Part shown: piece by piece, positions 15,301-25,443 of the stretch
Numbering within the stretch: the first letter of the stretch is position 1
How the letters are laid out: each line of letters begins with the position of its first letter
Assembly: GCF_001194135.2 (NCBI RefSeq)
Contig: NC_068983.1
Span: 123,613,465-123,677,464, forward strand
Source: Octopus bimaculoides
Taxonomy: Eukaryota
DNA: 64,000 nucleotides
Direction of reading: 5' to 3'
The notes under the pieces: generated by a model
What the model was told of the DNA's origin: nothing
Databases searched by the model: none
What the model saw: the letters and a program-made list of their open reading frames with translations, nothing else
Made by a program: the position numbers and the translations under genes

Positions 15301-18300
15301 TGATAACAGTGGTGGTAAAGAGAAGAAAACCACAGCTAACAGTCCTCAGTTTCATTAAATGCAATCATCATTTTAATATTCACTTTTCCATGCTTGCATG
15401 GGTTAGACAAAATTTGTTGAGGTGGATTTTCTATGGCTGGATGTCCTTCATATTGCCAACCCTCACCTGTTTTCAAGTAAGGTAATATTTCCCACAGATG
15501 GTATGTGGATGTCAGACACAGTACAGTACTAAACAAAACTATCTTGTATTATTTTGGTTTTATTGGTTTACATTCTGAGTTCCAATTCCACACAGCCACC
15601 TTGCTTTTCCTTATTCTGATGTAGGTTAAATGCTTAGCTACTGTTTTATTATAAAAACATTTTAACAATACTTACAAATGAATTTTAGTAGGTTTTAACT
15701 TCAAATAGCTATGTGTTCTGAAAAATTTAATACAAAAACAAGAATAACATCCCAATGGACAAAGCTCTATAAAGAAATTGGAAATGATTTCTATTGAGGT
15801 TTAAAACTAAGTTCTACAGTTTTACTTTTATTTTCCATGTAAGCATGGCTTGGATAGGAATTGATTTCAGGTAGGAGCTTACAGTCAAATTAATGGATGT
15901 AATTTTTTTAAAATGCAAATTACAATGCAATGTCCAATAATTTAGTTTTGAAGAAATTATTTACATCTTTACTAAAAGGACTGAAATACTTAGTTTGAGT
16001 AGAGTAAGACAAATAGTTGAAGTATATAAATTTTAAAAATATGAATTATATTTCATATGTAAACATACAGAAGTTGGACAAAATAAGGGAAACACAACTT
16101 TTCATTTAACTATTCTTTTTCTATTTGCAAATTTAGACCTGTTTAGACGTAACAAATTTAGAACTGTTTTAGTTTGCGTATATGTATTATGTATATCTTT
16201 TACTTCATGATACCACCCTGTTGTTGTGTATGTGTGTGTTGTGGATATTTATATTTTAATAAATTGTGTGACCTATCTGATTATAAGGAAGACAAATTGT
16301 TGGAGTGCAAAAGGACGGAGCTTCAGACACTAAAAATGTTGAATTATTTAATATTTTGAGTGGTACAGCTTCTAAAATCAGGTTAGCATTCCATAACCAA
16401 GGTAAAGCCAGCTCTGGCAAGCCTAATACCGGACAGAAGAAGCACAAAATAATGAAATGTATTGTATCTTAAAACCAGTGGTCTACTGCAGCAAAAGAGA
16501 CAGCAGAACTAAATCACTAACTTGCCAACTCTGTATCAATCAAAATTGTTTGTTGTGAGCTCTATAAAGCTGGAAACCATGGGAGAGCTAGCATCTCCTG
16601 TCCTCCATCAATACTGATATGCAGAAAAAAATGGTGTCCAAACTATCAGAGGTGGTCTTTGACTCAATGGAACAATGTCATCTTCTCTGATGTATCATCA
16701 TTCACTCTTTTTCCCCACTTTAGGAAGAGTTTAAGCTATATTACAAATACCAGTTTAATGCTAAAGTTATTTTAATTCCTCCAAATATTTATGTTCAAAA
16801 TTAATTAAAACGTATGGACTGTGCATTTCATTAGAAATATGGTCACAAAGAGGGGGCAAACAGTGAAATCACATTTACTGAATGGAAGTTCAATTTTTTT
16901 TAATGAAAACCATTTTAATGAAGGATACAGATCTGTGAAAACTGTTGACATATATCACTGAAATTGAAAAATGAAAAAAATCTTTAATTATAAAGTCTAC
17001 CTAAAAGAACACTGGCATCAATCTATCAACAAAAACTTTGACAGAGAACAACATCAGTAATTCCTTGAAATGCAGACACGAAAAATAAAGACAAATGCTA
17101 AAATATCACATCAGAAATAGCTTCAGAAAAAATGAAACAGTTGTTACCTTGGAGATTTAATCTTTACAGCAACAAAATCCTTACATGCGTCTGACACAGC
17201 TTCATGTGCCAAAGTTTCATCCATCTTCTTAGATAATTCATCTTCCCCTACAATAACGAAACAATCATATGAAGTTGTAATCTCTAATTATTTTTTTTTT
17301 AATGTTTAAGAAGTAAAATAAAATAAAAAGTGGAAACATTTGAAATGAGATTAAGTCATCATAATGTCAACAATAATGAAACGCTTTTTAATCATGTGGC
17401 AGAATGGAATTTTAGGGTAACAGGTTAATGTCTTTACCAAAATTAATCTAGTTCCTAGTTTTACAGAATGAAATGGACTAACTGTATGAATTATACTAAT
17501 TGATGAAATTAGATGCAGGCATAACTGTATGGTTAAGAAGTTTGCAGGTTTGACCTACTGTGTGGCACCTTGAGAAAGTGTTGGACTAACCAATAATCTG
17601 TAAATGAAACTTGGAAGACTAAAACTGTTCACAAGCCTGCCAGGTATGTGTGTACCCAAGAGAGAGAGAGAGAGAGAGGGGGAGGGAAGGAGGGGACATG
17701 TGTATGTTTTTTTCCCACAAGTCTTTGTATTGACACTAGTTGAATTGCAACACTTTATGTCTCTATAAACAAAACATCCACCAACCATTCCACATATGAA
17801 GACGTAGAATACAGCACCTTATTTAAAATATGTGGGTTGACATTAGGAAGGGCATATGGCTGCATAATACTCCTTCAAGAAGTTACAGCTAACCCATGCC
17901 AGCATAAAAAAGTAGATGTGAAAATAATGATGATGAGAGTACCTGAACAAAGTGATATGATCCAAACCATCAACTAAGAAATAATGAGTGTGGTTGTGAT
18001 GGTTAAGACTTGAAGATAATAAGAGTCAATATGTCTCCAACCTTCATTTCCTGCTTCTCCTGAGATTCACTCATTTGAAAGACTGTGAATTGACAGAGTC
18101 ATTAAATCATTAGATAGAATTCTTCTGATAGTAATCTGGGTTCAAGTTTCATTTTTTCAGGATTAATAAAAAAAGTATGAATTGGTGGAATTGTTATTGG
18201 TGGGCGAGATACCTTGTCTATCTGTTCCAACACTTAGTTTTCTGACTGCAATGTCTGTAATGATACTGGTGCCAAACTGCATTGGCCCTAGTTAACCTTA

Positions 18301-21300
18301 AAACAAAAAATTGCCAAAACCTGCTCAAACATGTGCAGGTACCTGATTGACCTTGCTGATGGAGGTCAACCAAGGAATAGACTTTTATAAATTAAAAGTA
18401 ATATATTACAGCTGGCCATATGTGAAAACCCCTCAAATAGCATAAAAAAACATCACATCAGATTTTGAAAACAGAAAGCAATCTACCCACCCATCACTGG
18501 AAACTCTCCCCTCCCTATCAAGTGATAAAACATCAGGGCTGCTATCATTTACATTGGCAAGGTGAAAGGTAGATCTGGAAAGACTGAGGAGATGCTAGAA
18601 TGAAGGCATTTAGATGCATGTTGTGTACAAGAAATAAGATAGAGAAGAGCCTCAACCAGATTTTTCAGTTAAGGGTCACAGGTAAGAATTCTTCCAGATG
18701 GGTAATAGTGATGAGTTGGTGGGTAGTAGGCATATTTTTGAGGCAGAAATGGATAGACCAGGAATCAGCAAACTAGAGTAAATTATGGCAGGTGGGGTAA
18801 AAATGAAATTCTTGGGGGTAATGAGGACTCATTAGACATAAGTAAAATTATATAAAAAATGTGGGTAGAGATGGACTATATGTAATCNNNNNNNNNNNNN
18901 NNNNNNNNNNNNNNNNNNNNNNNNNNNNNNNNNNNNNNNNNNNNNNNNNNNNNNNNNNNNNNNNNNNNNNNNNNNNNNNNNNNNNNNNNNNNNNNNNNNN
19001 NNNNNNNNNNNNNNNNNNNNNNNNNNNNNNNNNNNNNNNNNNNNNNNNNNNNNNNNNNNNNNNNNNNNNNNNNNNNNNNNNNNNNNNNNNNNNNNNNNNN
19101 NNNNNNNNNNNNNNNNNNNNNNNNNNNNNNNNNNNNNNNNNNNNNNNNNNNNNNNNNTCTGAAACATAGGATTCCGTAAAAAAAAAACAATATACTCCAT
19201 CTCCACCAAAATGTGTTCCTTGTTACAACTGAAATTTTTCTTTTAACACTGCATCTGTCCAATGTAATGGATGTAATTAGATGTCACATCATTTTGAACT
19301 ACAAACAATTTGGTTGCTAAAGCATTGTCAAGTGACTAAACAGTTATTATTTGTCAATTGTCTATAACCTGCCTTTACAGTATTTTTTGACACATGTTTT
19401 TGCTTTGTTTAAATAGATTTAAACGTTGTTTAGAAAAATCCTTTTGTTTCATAATCAGGATATTAATTTATTTTATCACATTTGTTTTAACTTTTTATAT
19501 CTATAATTGTATTCTCTATATAAATGGATTCAATAAACCTTTTGGATTCAAAGCATCTAGGATATTTTCCCTTACAAATCAAGGGGGTAATGTCAGCATA
19601 AATAAATATATTTTGGGGTAATTGGTTATAAAAGTTCCCTGACCCCTGGGATAGACAGATGGTTGTGAATACTAATTCTTTTGCTCCATTGCGAAATGCA
19701 CCAAACACAACATCAGCTAGTGATAAGTAACAAACCTAGAGACAAAACAATCTGGCAAAAGAAGGTATGGAGCCCAAAGATCCAAGGTAGCACATGTTGA
19801 GATGGAGGAGATAGAGGCCTACAACACAGAAGGATGGAGGAAGGTGGGATACACAATAGGGATGATGAGTAAGTTGTGAGTGATTGAGTGGAGGCAACAT
19901 GCGACCAGACAACTTTGATGGGCAGATGCCAGCAACTGAGCTGCAAATATCTTCAATGTTTCAATTTTTTCTTTTGCCTATGAGCAAGCATATTTACCAA
20001 GTGAAACCATTTGATTATCAGCTCATTTATAGCTGGTGATCAATTAGTTTAACTTTGTGCTGATATTGGCAGCTCCTTTAACCCTTTGTATGACCAGTGT
20101 ATCAAGTGATACACAGAACATATTTCCTTGATGTCCTCACATCATATATGGTACATATTATTACCCATTTTATTTCAACCACCACAGTAACTTGCAACTT
20201 ATGATAGGGAAGCTTTATATTACTCAGAACGTGTGAAACAGGGTCTAACCAAAAGACTGAAAACAAAGATAGATGTTTATGACAAATTCATTAAAATGCT
20301 TTGACAGGTAAAGGATTAATAGTTCTTTCTGAGGACAGTTTTATGAAGGAACTTAGATTTTGAGAAATATATGTCCATCATATGCTGACTTTATTTCTTT
20401 CTTACATCCATGACAGTGGAGGTGGTTAGGGCAGCGGACTCGCAGTCATAGGATCGCGGTTTCGATTCTCAGACCGGGCGTTGTGAGTGTTTATTGAGCG
20501 AAAACACCTAAGGCTCCACGAGGCTTCGGCAGGGGATGGTGGCGAACCCTGCTGTACTCTTCCACCACAACTTTCTCTCACTCTTACTTCCTCTTTCTGT
20601 TGTGCCTGTAATTCAAAGGGTCAGCCTTGTCACACTGTGTCATGCTGAATATCCCCGAGAACTACGTTAAGGGTACACGTATCTGTGGAGTGCTCAGCCA
20701 CTTGCACGTTAATTTCACGAGCAGGCTGTTCCGTTGATCGGATCAACTGGAACCCTCGACGTCGTAAGCGATGGAGTACCAACACCCATGACAATCCCAT
20801 TTCGGTAATTTTTTCAGATTAACACCCGCACAATTTTCACTAGGGTGTTGGGGTTAGGGTTTTAGGGTTAGGGTTAGGTAATTGTGCAGGTGTTAATCTG
20901 AAAAATTACCCCCATTTCTTCATGTCTATTCAGAGACATCCACAACAATTTCCAATTTCTTGTATTCACCAGCAGCTTGTATCTACTTAGCAACAGTATG
21001 GTCCTCAGCTATTAACTACATAAAGAATCATTTGTTCAAAATTCATTTCCGAATTAGCCAAATCTAGAAACAATATTAGTGAAAAATTTTCAGGAAGGAC
21101 TGAAGAAATAATTATGCATGGTTTAGCACGTTATGATTGAAGAAATGGTAAATACTATCAAACAAAATTAATATAGCAGTGTTTCTCTCAAACAGTGATA
21201 AAGTGGAAAGAGTACAATGCTATAACTTCCGTTATTCAGATGATTACAGAAAGTGAAAATGTATTAAACATTACTTTCATCATTTCGTCGGAGATTCAAA

Positions 21301-23514
21301 TATTACGCAGCCTAGTATTTCTTGGAGGGGGAGAGGGACGCAAATTGTCATGTGTAATCAAACAAAATTGGGGTGTTAGTCAGTTTGTGCACCACAGGTT
21401 TGACCTCATATCGGCCTGATCAAGCAGACCTAAGATCAATGACATTCCAACCATGACCATCCAATATTTCTTTAGACAGTATATTGTGTCCTTTCAATTT
21501 TTAAGGTGGAAGGGAATAATAATCCCAGATTTTACGACCCAAAATAAATTTTTTTCAAAACGAATTCTTAGCAGTCTGATTTCTTTGGGGTTTTGTATAC
21601 GCAGTGAAAATCAATAAAACCTAATTTATGATACATGTCATTGATTAGGGTTTCGGGTGAGTATCAACAAAAGCGTTCCCTAATATATGCTAATCTGAAA
21701 AAAAAAAAAAAAAATTCTGACTCTTTACAGAATAGTCACGGTTGGAAGGCTATAGTTGTGTGACAATTTCTTTGCGCATGCACGTGACCCATATTTTAAG
21801 CGCATGCACAAAACTCCAAAATGTATCAGGCAGTTCAAGTGTTTGTTTTGACACTTTTGGTACTACTAAAGCAGCGCGGACCCGAACGCGCAGTCGCGCG
21901 TCCGCGCTAGCTAGTCTTGAGTGGTCGATCCTAACCCTGTCCCTAACCCTATCCCGCGTGTGCAAATGAATACGTGTTTAGGGTTAGGGTTAGGATCGAC
22001 CACTCACGACTAGCTAGCGCGGACGCGCGACTGCGCGTTCGGGTCCGCGCTGCTTTTAGTAGTACCGACATTTTCCCCTTTTCGGGCTGTAAAATCTATA
22101 TCATGGTAGGGGTGTGATTTGGGAAAGATATGGCTACTATATCTAGCATGTCAAGCAACCGTTGTTGATTCGTTTGTTGCTTCCAAAAAGAAATAGCTGG
22201 TGGAAACAACAAAATGGCATTTGTAGAAATAATTATATGATGATTGATTAGACTTTTGGCTAAAACAGAAATAGGCAAAGATAATAAACCAATGGTAAAT
22301 AAGTAACCAACGTTTGTTTCTTCAGAAATAATTCAACTGGTGAAATCAGCTCGAAAATAGAACATGTCACAAAGAAGACGAGTGTATCAAAACGATTTAT
22401 GTTATCACAAATTAAATCTCGTGAGTGGATGTGTGTGAATGTGTATATATTTCCAGAAGGTCAAGCACACAGCCTGATAAAACTTTGTTGTTGTTGTTAG
22501 GGTTATAAGAATTTGTTGAAGTTAAGTTAAATTTTTGTTTCGGTTTCCAAGTAAATTTAAGTGAAAATAATATATGAAAGTCTCAAATGCTTGACTATCC
22601 AGCCTGAAGAAGTCGTAAGAACAAATTTAAATCAATGTTGCTTTATCTAATACAGTTGTTACACACAAACGTGTACATGACGTCACGGTGGAAAATGTAT
22701 TTTCTAAAAGTATTGAATTGAACATGGTCTGACGTGAACGTAAGAAACGACGATCAAAATAAAATTTACTACTAAAGCTAAAATCCAGAATTTGGTGATG
22801 ATGGGCGATGACAATTAGTTTGATACGACTTGATAAAAGAGTTAATTATGGATGAAGGCTAACTGTTAAAATGTTGGTAAGCACCAACTTTTTAACAGTT
22901 CGCCTGATTCAAAAGGTTAATGATGTTTTGAAGATTGGTGAACAAGTGGCAGATGTACAAGGAAATACCTAGATAATTAATAATTATAGAAATTAATGGT
23001 ATCTTACATAATCAACTCAAATAAGTGGTGAGCTAAATTTATTATATCCTGTTTAGTCTCGGTTCTGAATTTAAATCTTACAGCTGTCATCATCATAGTA
23101 TAATACAGAGGATATAAACTACCTTGCCAGATTAATTGATTAAGTTAATCGATGAAAAAATTCAGCTTGGGAGGAAATAGTTGTGACTCAACAAAAACGC
23201 GACATTTCTTTTTTTTTTTTAATATACTTAGACCAAATTCGTTGCTGTAATATTTACTGAAAAGAAACATTTAAACTGGAGTTCGTTCAGATATTACTGT
23301 AGTTGCCACAGAAAATTATAAAATGGCTTTATACATTTAGTTATAATTATAAAGAGAGAGAGGATTGCATTTGAAGAACACTAGAAGCAAATGTAAAATC
23401 AAGATTTTCTGCTTCTGTCCATTAAGACTTACCAGATACATAGACTAGGAAGATACATTTTCTATCCTTTGATACTTGTATCGCTTTTGCTATCGAGTCT
23501 TCGTACCACAACAT
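3217..23514 (-). CDS. UBXN4: UBX domain-containing protein 4 (erasin/UBXD2), ERAD p97/VCP adaptor; 12 coding exons, 500 aa
   Basis: Exons joined by hand: 23433-23514, 17148-17247, 16929-16957, 15103-15221, 11903-12177, 10455-10509, 9556-9725, 8013-8135, 7437-7539, 6455-6577, 5335-5534, 3217-3340. All introns are GT-AG and phases are compatible; lengths sum to 1503 nt with no internal stop. Domain order: thioredoxin-like/UAS N-terminus (MLWYEDSIAKAI...), Ala/Pro/Ser linker, coiled coil, UBX (SRLQFRLPDG...TMFPKR...LELVPSAVILV), hydrophobic membrane segment, EGNIHKF, TWNGNSTQQM*. This matches the known UBXN4 architecture. Confidence 0.97.
3637..4035 (-). mobile_element. tRNA-headed SINE with internal (TA)n/(TG)n; copies near 32517, 33585, 35190, 36445-37060, 37590, 42720, 50285, 55190, 58440
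   Basis: Head TGACTGTGTGGTAAG...GGTTCAGTCCC; conserved body ccaaagccttgtgagtggatttgg and tail gtcctggggtcaatttgctcgactaaagg. Confidence 0.85.
5335..5534 (-). CDS. UBXN4: UBXN4 coding exon 11 (200 nt), includes hydrophobic membrane segment FLGMILAPLFTLLNFIYGIIFG
   Basis: Acceptor ttcttatttccag, donor GTAAGT; overlaps track ORF 5331-5522. Confidence 0.95.
6455..6577 (-). CDS. UBXN4: UBXN4 coding exon 10 (123 nt), UBX domain end: HTGSNIQLYTMFPKRTF...LELVPSAVILVIP
   Basis: Acceptor cattttctag, donor GTAAGT; FPKR loop equivalent to the UBX FPR motif. Confidence 0.96.
7437..7539 (-). CDS. UBXN4: UBXN4 coding exon 9 (103 nt), UBX domain start: EISRLQFRLPDGSAITQQFKSSEPLSVACSFISQ
   Basis: Acceptor ttttatttccag, donor GTTAGT; UBX motif R-x-Q-F-R-L-P-D-G. 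Confidence 0.96.
7581..7920. repeat. Long imperfect palindrome (foldback, MITE-like) in UBXN4 intron 8
   Basis: Arms of about 150-170 bp around a 3-nt loop at about 7761-7763 (gtgtaattg aca caattacac). Confidence 0.85.
8013..8135 (-). CDS. UBXN4: UBXN4 coding exon 8 (123 nt): AQRKAKYEQEK...EREAAR
   Basis: Acceptor ttttgtgacag, donor GTAATT, phase 2 to 2. Confidence 0.93.
9556..9725 (-). CDS. UBXN4: UBXN4 coding exon 7 (170 nt), coiled coil KEKEKEINRRQLGK...RQRIKEEIDRD(R)
   Basis: Acceptor ttttcaacag, donor GTAAAA. Confidence 0.95.
10455..10509 (-). CDS. UBXN4: UBXN4 coding exon 6 (55 nt): (Y)AKEKIQENQEIKQVNEGK
   Basis: Acceptor tcctcctacag, donor GTCAGT, phase 2 to 0. Confidence 0.92.
10598..10812. 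mobile_element. piggyBac-type MITE; similar elements near 5848, 9045, 49500, 57898
   Basis: TTAA at both ends; termini C(C/T)CTTTAGCATT...AATGCTAAAGGG. Confidence 0.75.
11903..12177 (-). CDS. UBXN4: UBXN4 coding exon 5 (275 nt), Ala/Pro/Ser-rich linker
   Basis: Acceptor tttattctag, donor GTGAGT; overlaps track ORF 11902-12144. Confidence 0.93.
12395..12670. repeat. Degenerate minisatellite, unit about 30 bp (ctgtacttg.ctactgtacata.acccca)
   Basis: About 8-9 imperfect units seen by eye. Confidence 0.7.
12833..13273. mobile_element. GG-ended MITE family C with about 53-bp TIRs and internal direct repeats
   Basis: TIR GG(T/C)ATAACTACAGAGTTGT...; TSD accatact/accacact (7 of 8 match); internal duplicated block tagaaaatttca...attcatttt. 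Confidence 0.8.
13643..13895 (-). repeat. RTE 3'-end repeat; other copies near 4470, 8660, 11295, 30625, 32210, 42360, 43716, 54205, 56000
   Basis: Shared catcatcatcgtttaacgtccgctttccatgctagcatggg...ggatgcccttcctaacgccaacc sequence with a (GAT)n tail, similar to the 3' UTR of the LINE at 26917. Confidence 0.85.
14432..14762 (-). mobile_element. tRNA-headed CORE-like SINE
   Basis: Head GGCACATGGCTCATGG...GAGTTTGATTCC followed by cttgagcaagatgctt...ttgctccagttcactcagctg. Confidence 0.65.
15103..15221 (-). CDS. UBXN4: UBXN4 coding exon 4 (119 nt): YPVVFVPSVFFIGLNGLPIEITPGHLGPEEFNKKAQDVIK
   Basis: Acceptor tttcttag, donor GTAAGT. Confidence 0.96.
15222..16928 (-). other. U12-type (minor spliceosome) GT-AG intron, UBXN4 intron 3
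   Basis: 5' site GTATCCTT(CA) matches the U12 consensus; branch-like TCTTTGAC at 15241-15234 lies about 14 nt before the AG. Confidence 0.85.
16929..16957 (-). CDS. UBXN4: UBXN4 coding exon 3, 29-nt micro-exon: (S)DICQQFSQI(Y)
   Basis: Strong pyrimidine acceptor tttttttcatttttcaatttcag, donor GTATCCTT; bridges phase 2 to phase 1 and restores the conserved C-x-x-F-S-Q-I-Y-P motif. Confidence 0.93.
17148..17247 (-). CDS. UBXN4: UBXN4 coding exon 2 (100 nt): GEDELSKKMDETLAHEAVSDACKDFVAVKIKSP(S)
   Basis: Acceptor ttattgtag, donor GTAACA, phase 1 to 2. Confidence 0.95.
18530..18790 (+). mobile_element. Degenerate RTE APE-endonuclease fragment
   Basis: Remnant GKVKGRSGKTEEMLE...DACCVQE; boundaries approximate. 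Confidence 0.55.
20416..20786 (+). mobile_element. tRNA(Arg)-like SINE, probably the octopus OR type
   Basis: Head with anticodon loop GACTCGC and B box GGTTTCGATTC; second copy in opposite orientation at about 49600-49988. Confidence 0.8.
20804..20910. mobile_element. Merlin-like MITE family A containing TTAGGG repeats
   Basis: TIR GGTAATTTTTTCAGATTAACACC...; exact 8-bp TSD cccatttc at 20796-20803 and 20911-20918; interior ggggttagggttttagggttagggttagg. Confidence 0.8.
21859..22066. mobile_element. GC-rich hairpin MITE family B (Merlin-like) with CCCTAA/TTAGGG inner arms
   Basis: About 80-bp near-perfect TIRs starting GGTACTACTAAA; flanks gacactttt and gacatttt look like an 8-bp TSD with a 1-bp indel; nested in a larger TIR element at about 21526-22098 (agattttac...gtaaaatct). 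Confidence 0.75.
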
Positions 23515-23960
23515 GATGAATTATTTCCCCAGTAATTGACGAAAAGTCAACTTGTCTACGGTAAAAAAAAAAACAAAACGATTACGTTGTTGACATCAAA
23601 CTGGAAGTGGACATGAAACAAGTGAGCAGCAAATATAGAACAGGTAGATGACAAAACAAAACTACGACACACAAATCAGACATAAATTTAAAGGCAAAAG
23701 AGATATCGATGAAAAAAAAATTATAAATTTAATTCTTCTTGGTTAATATAAGATAGATTCATAAATAAAATATCCCAGAAAATATGTTATTTCAATTCAC
23801 TTCTTTGTTGTTTTTTTTTTTAAATATTCATTGCGAATTAAACCGGAAAAATAATTTTTGTTGTTATTATTGAAAGTGGTGTTATATTGGTGATTTGACC
23901 TAACGGAAGTAATTCCTTTGCTATCACCTGTTAGGTCAATGGTTACAGGCAAGTAAGAAA
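22660..23960. promoter_or_regulatory. Putative UBXN4 promoter / intron-1 regulatory zone
   Basis: Locally more CpG; TGACGTCA at 22678-22685, TGACGTGA at 22730-22737, ETS-like CGGAAGT at 23904-23910; spans the start codon. TSS not determined. Confidence 0.4.
23433..23514 (-). CDS. UBXN4: UBXN4 coding exon 1 (82 nt): MLWYEDSIAKAIQVSKDRKCIFLVYVS(G)
   Basis: ATG at 23514-23512, donor GTAAGT, phase 1. Confidence 0.95.
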
Positions 23961-24395
23961 TGCTAGAGACGGCCTGACAGGCTAAACAGTTAATATCATT
24001 ATTGTTGTTATTTTACTCTCTTCTCTTACCCTTTCATAAACAATGGGGTAATGATGATTTGCTTCAGGCAGGACGTTTTTTTTTAATTGTATTACCCGAA
24101 TAATGCTGCAATATTTGACAACATGTCCATCGAAAGAGTAAGTTCAATTCATTAATTATCCAAAACAAGATTGCCTCTGTTCTTATATATAACATCCATG
24201 GTTCTGTTTTCCTTTTATTGTCTCCAAAATCCATCACCTTACTATATAAGCCTGGCGTTTTTTTTTTTGTAGTTCTTATTTATATTTTTTCATTGTATAC
24301 CTTTTTATGTAATTTGATAGCAAAGGTTATTTTTTTTTAGAAATCGTAACAACTTATCGCCAACATACATACATACACATATATATATATCACAC

Positions 24396-24446
<51 letters not shown>

Positions 24447-25143
24447 TAGATATTTAGGTGGTGGTGGGATACAAAAGCATATATCAGTGCTTATTTATTT
24501 ATCAATTCGAAGTTGATGATTCACTCGGTCGCAACTCTTGAGTGTCTTTCGCTTTTTGCAGTGATCCTTCAGGCGATAAAAAGACATTCTTTCTGTTGCA
24601 TGGTGGATCGCACAAACCGACAAACCGGGCAGTGATGAAATCACTCAATCATATTCGTGTGTGTGTGTTTGATATATACACACACACTTTTGTAGTCATA
24701 CCCTTACATTCACTTACAAATACTAACGAGAATCAGAATACAATCGCATTTTCTTAGAGAACATTTCAGATGAATAAGAATATATACGGCGATGGTTATT
24801 CTTTGATTGATAACTTCTCTACGATTTTTCTTAAAATAATTTAAAAAAGTTGTAAATGGTATCTATATTTTCTTAAGTTATTCTCCTAGCCTCTCTCTCT
24901 TTCTCTCTCTCTCTCCCTCTCTCAACCCTCTATCGTGACATCACCAATATTTATGTTGATTTAATTCAAGATCTCTTGGATACACGAGCGCTTCGTTTCA
25001 CATTTTTACTACATATTCTGTACATTAAAAATGTGAAGTGATTAAGTTTAAAATTCTGGCGCCACTCCCATTTCCGAATCCCTCCAGATTGTTTCTGATT
25101 CTATGAACACTCCATTGGATAATGTAGGCAAGATACTAAATTC

Positions 25144-25443
25144 CTGCGAACCCATGGAAAACAAACCTCATCCAGCTATTCTGATTATATGTCTGTGCAC
25201 ACGTTTGAATGTGGTGTGTGCCAGAGGGTTTGCAAATCCAATGGGGGTCTTAAAAGACATGTTAGGATCCACAATGAGCAGAACTTACTTGCAGGTATTG
25301 GTAGTGCAAATCGGAGGTGCAATCTATGTGGGTGTTTTTTCAAAACACTGTCTGGTTTAAAAAGCCACATCAGACGCCATGAAAGGGCTAAGGTGTAGGT
25401 GCAGGAGGTGGTCAAACTCTGTTTAAGGAGTGGACAACCACCA
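25144..25443 (+). mobile_element. 5'-truncated LINE 3' end encoding tandem C2H2 zinc fingers
   Basis: LRTH...CGVCQRVCKSNGGLKRHVRIH...CNLCGCFFKTLSGLKSHIRRH*; begins mid-finger; 45-nt 3' UTR then an (AT)n tail; no splice sites. Confidence 0.6.

Noticed and set aside
16069-16097. Alternative 29-nt candidate for UBXN4 exon 3 (SCVSLILSNFY) with donor GTATGT
   Set aside because: Purine-rich acceptor and poor motif match; 16929-16957 fits far better
23556-23580. Possible acceptor for a 5' UTR intron upstream of the UBXN4 ATG
   Set aside because: Good pyrimidine tract and AG, but no matching upstream exon could be identified, so it is not annotated
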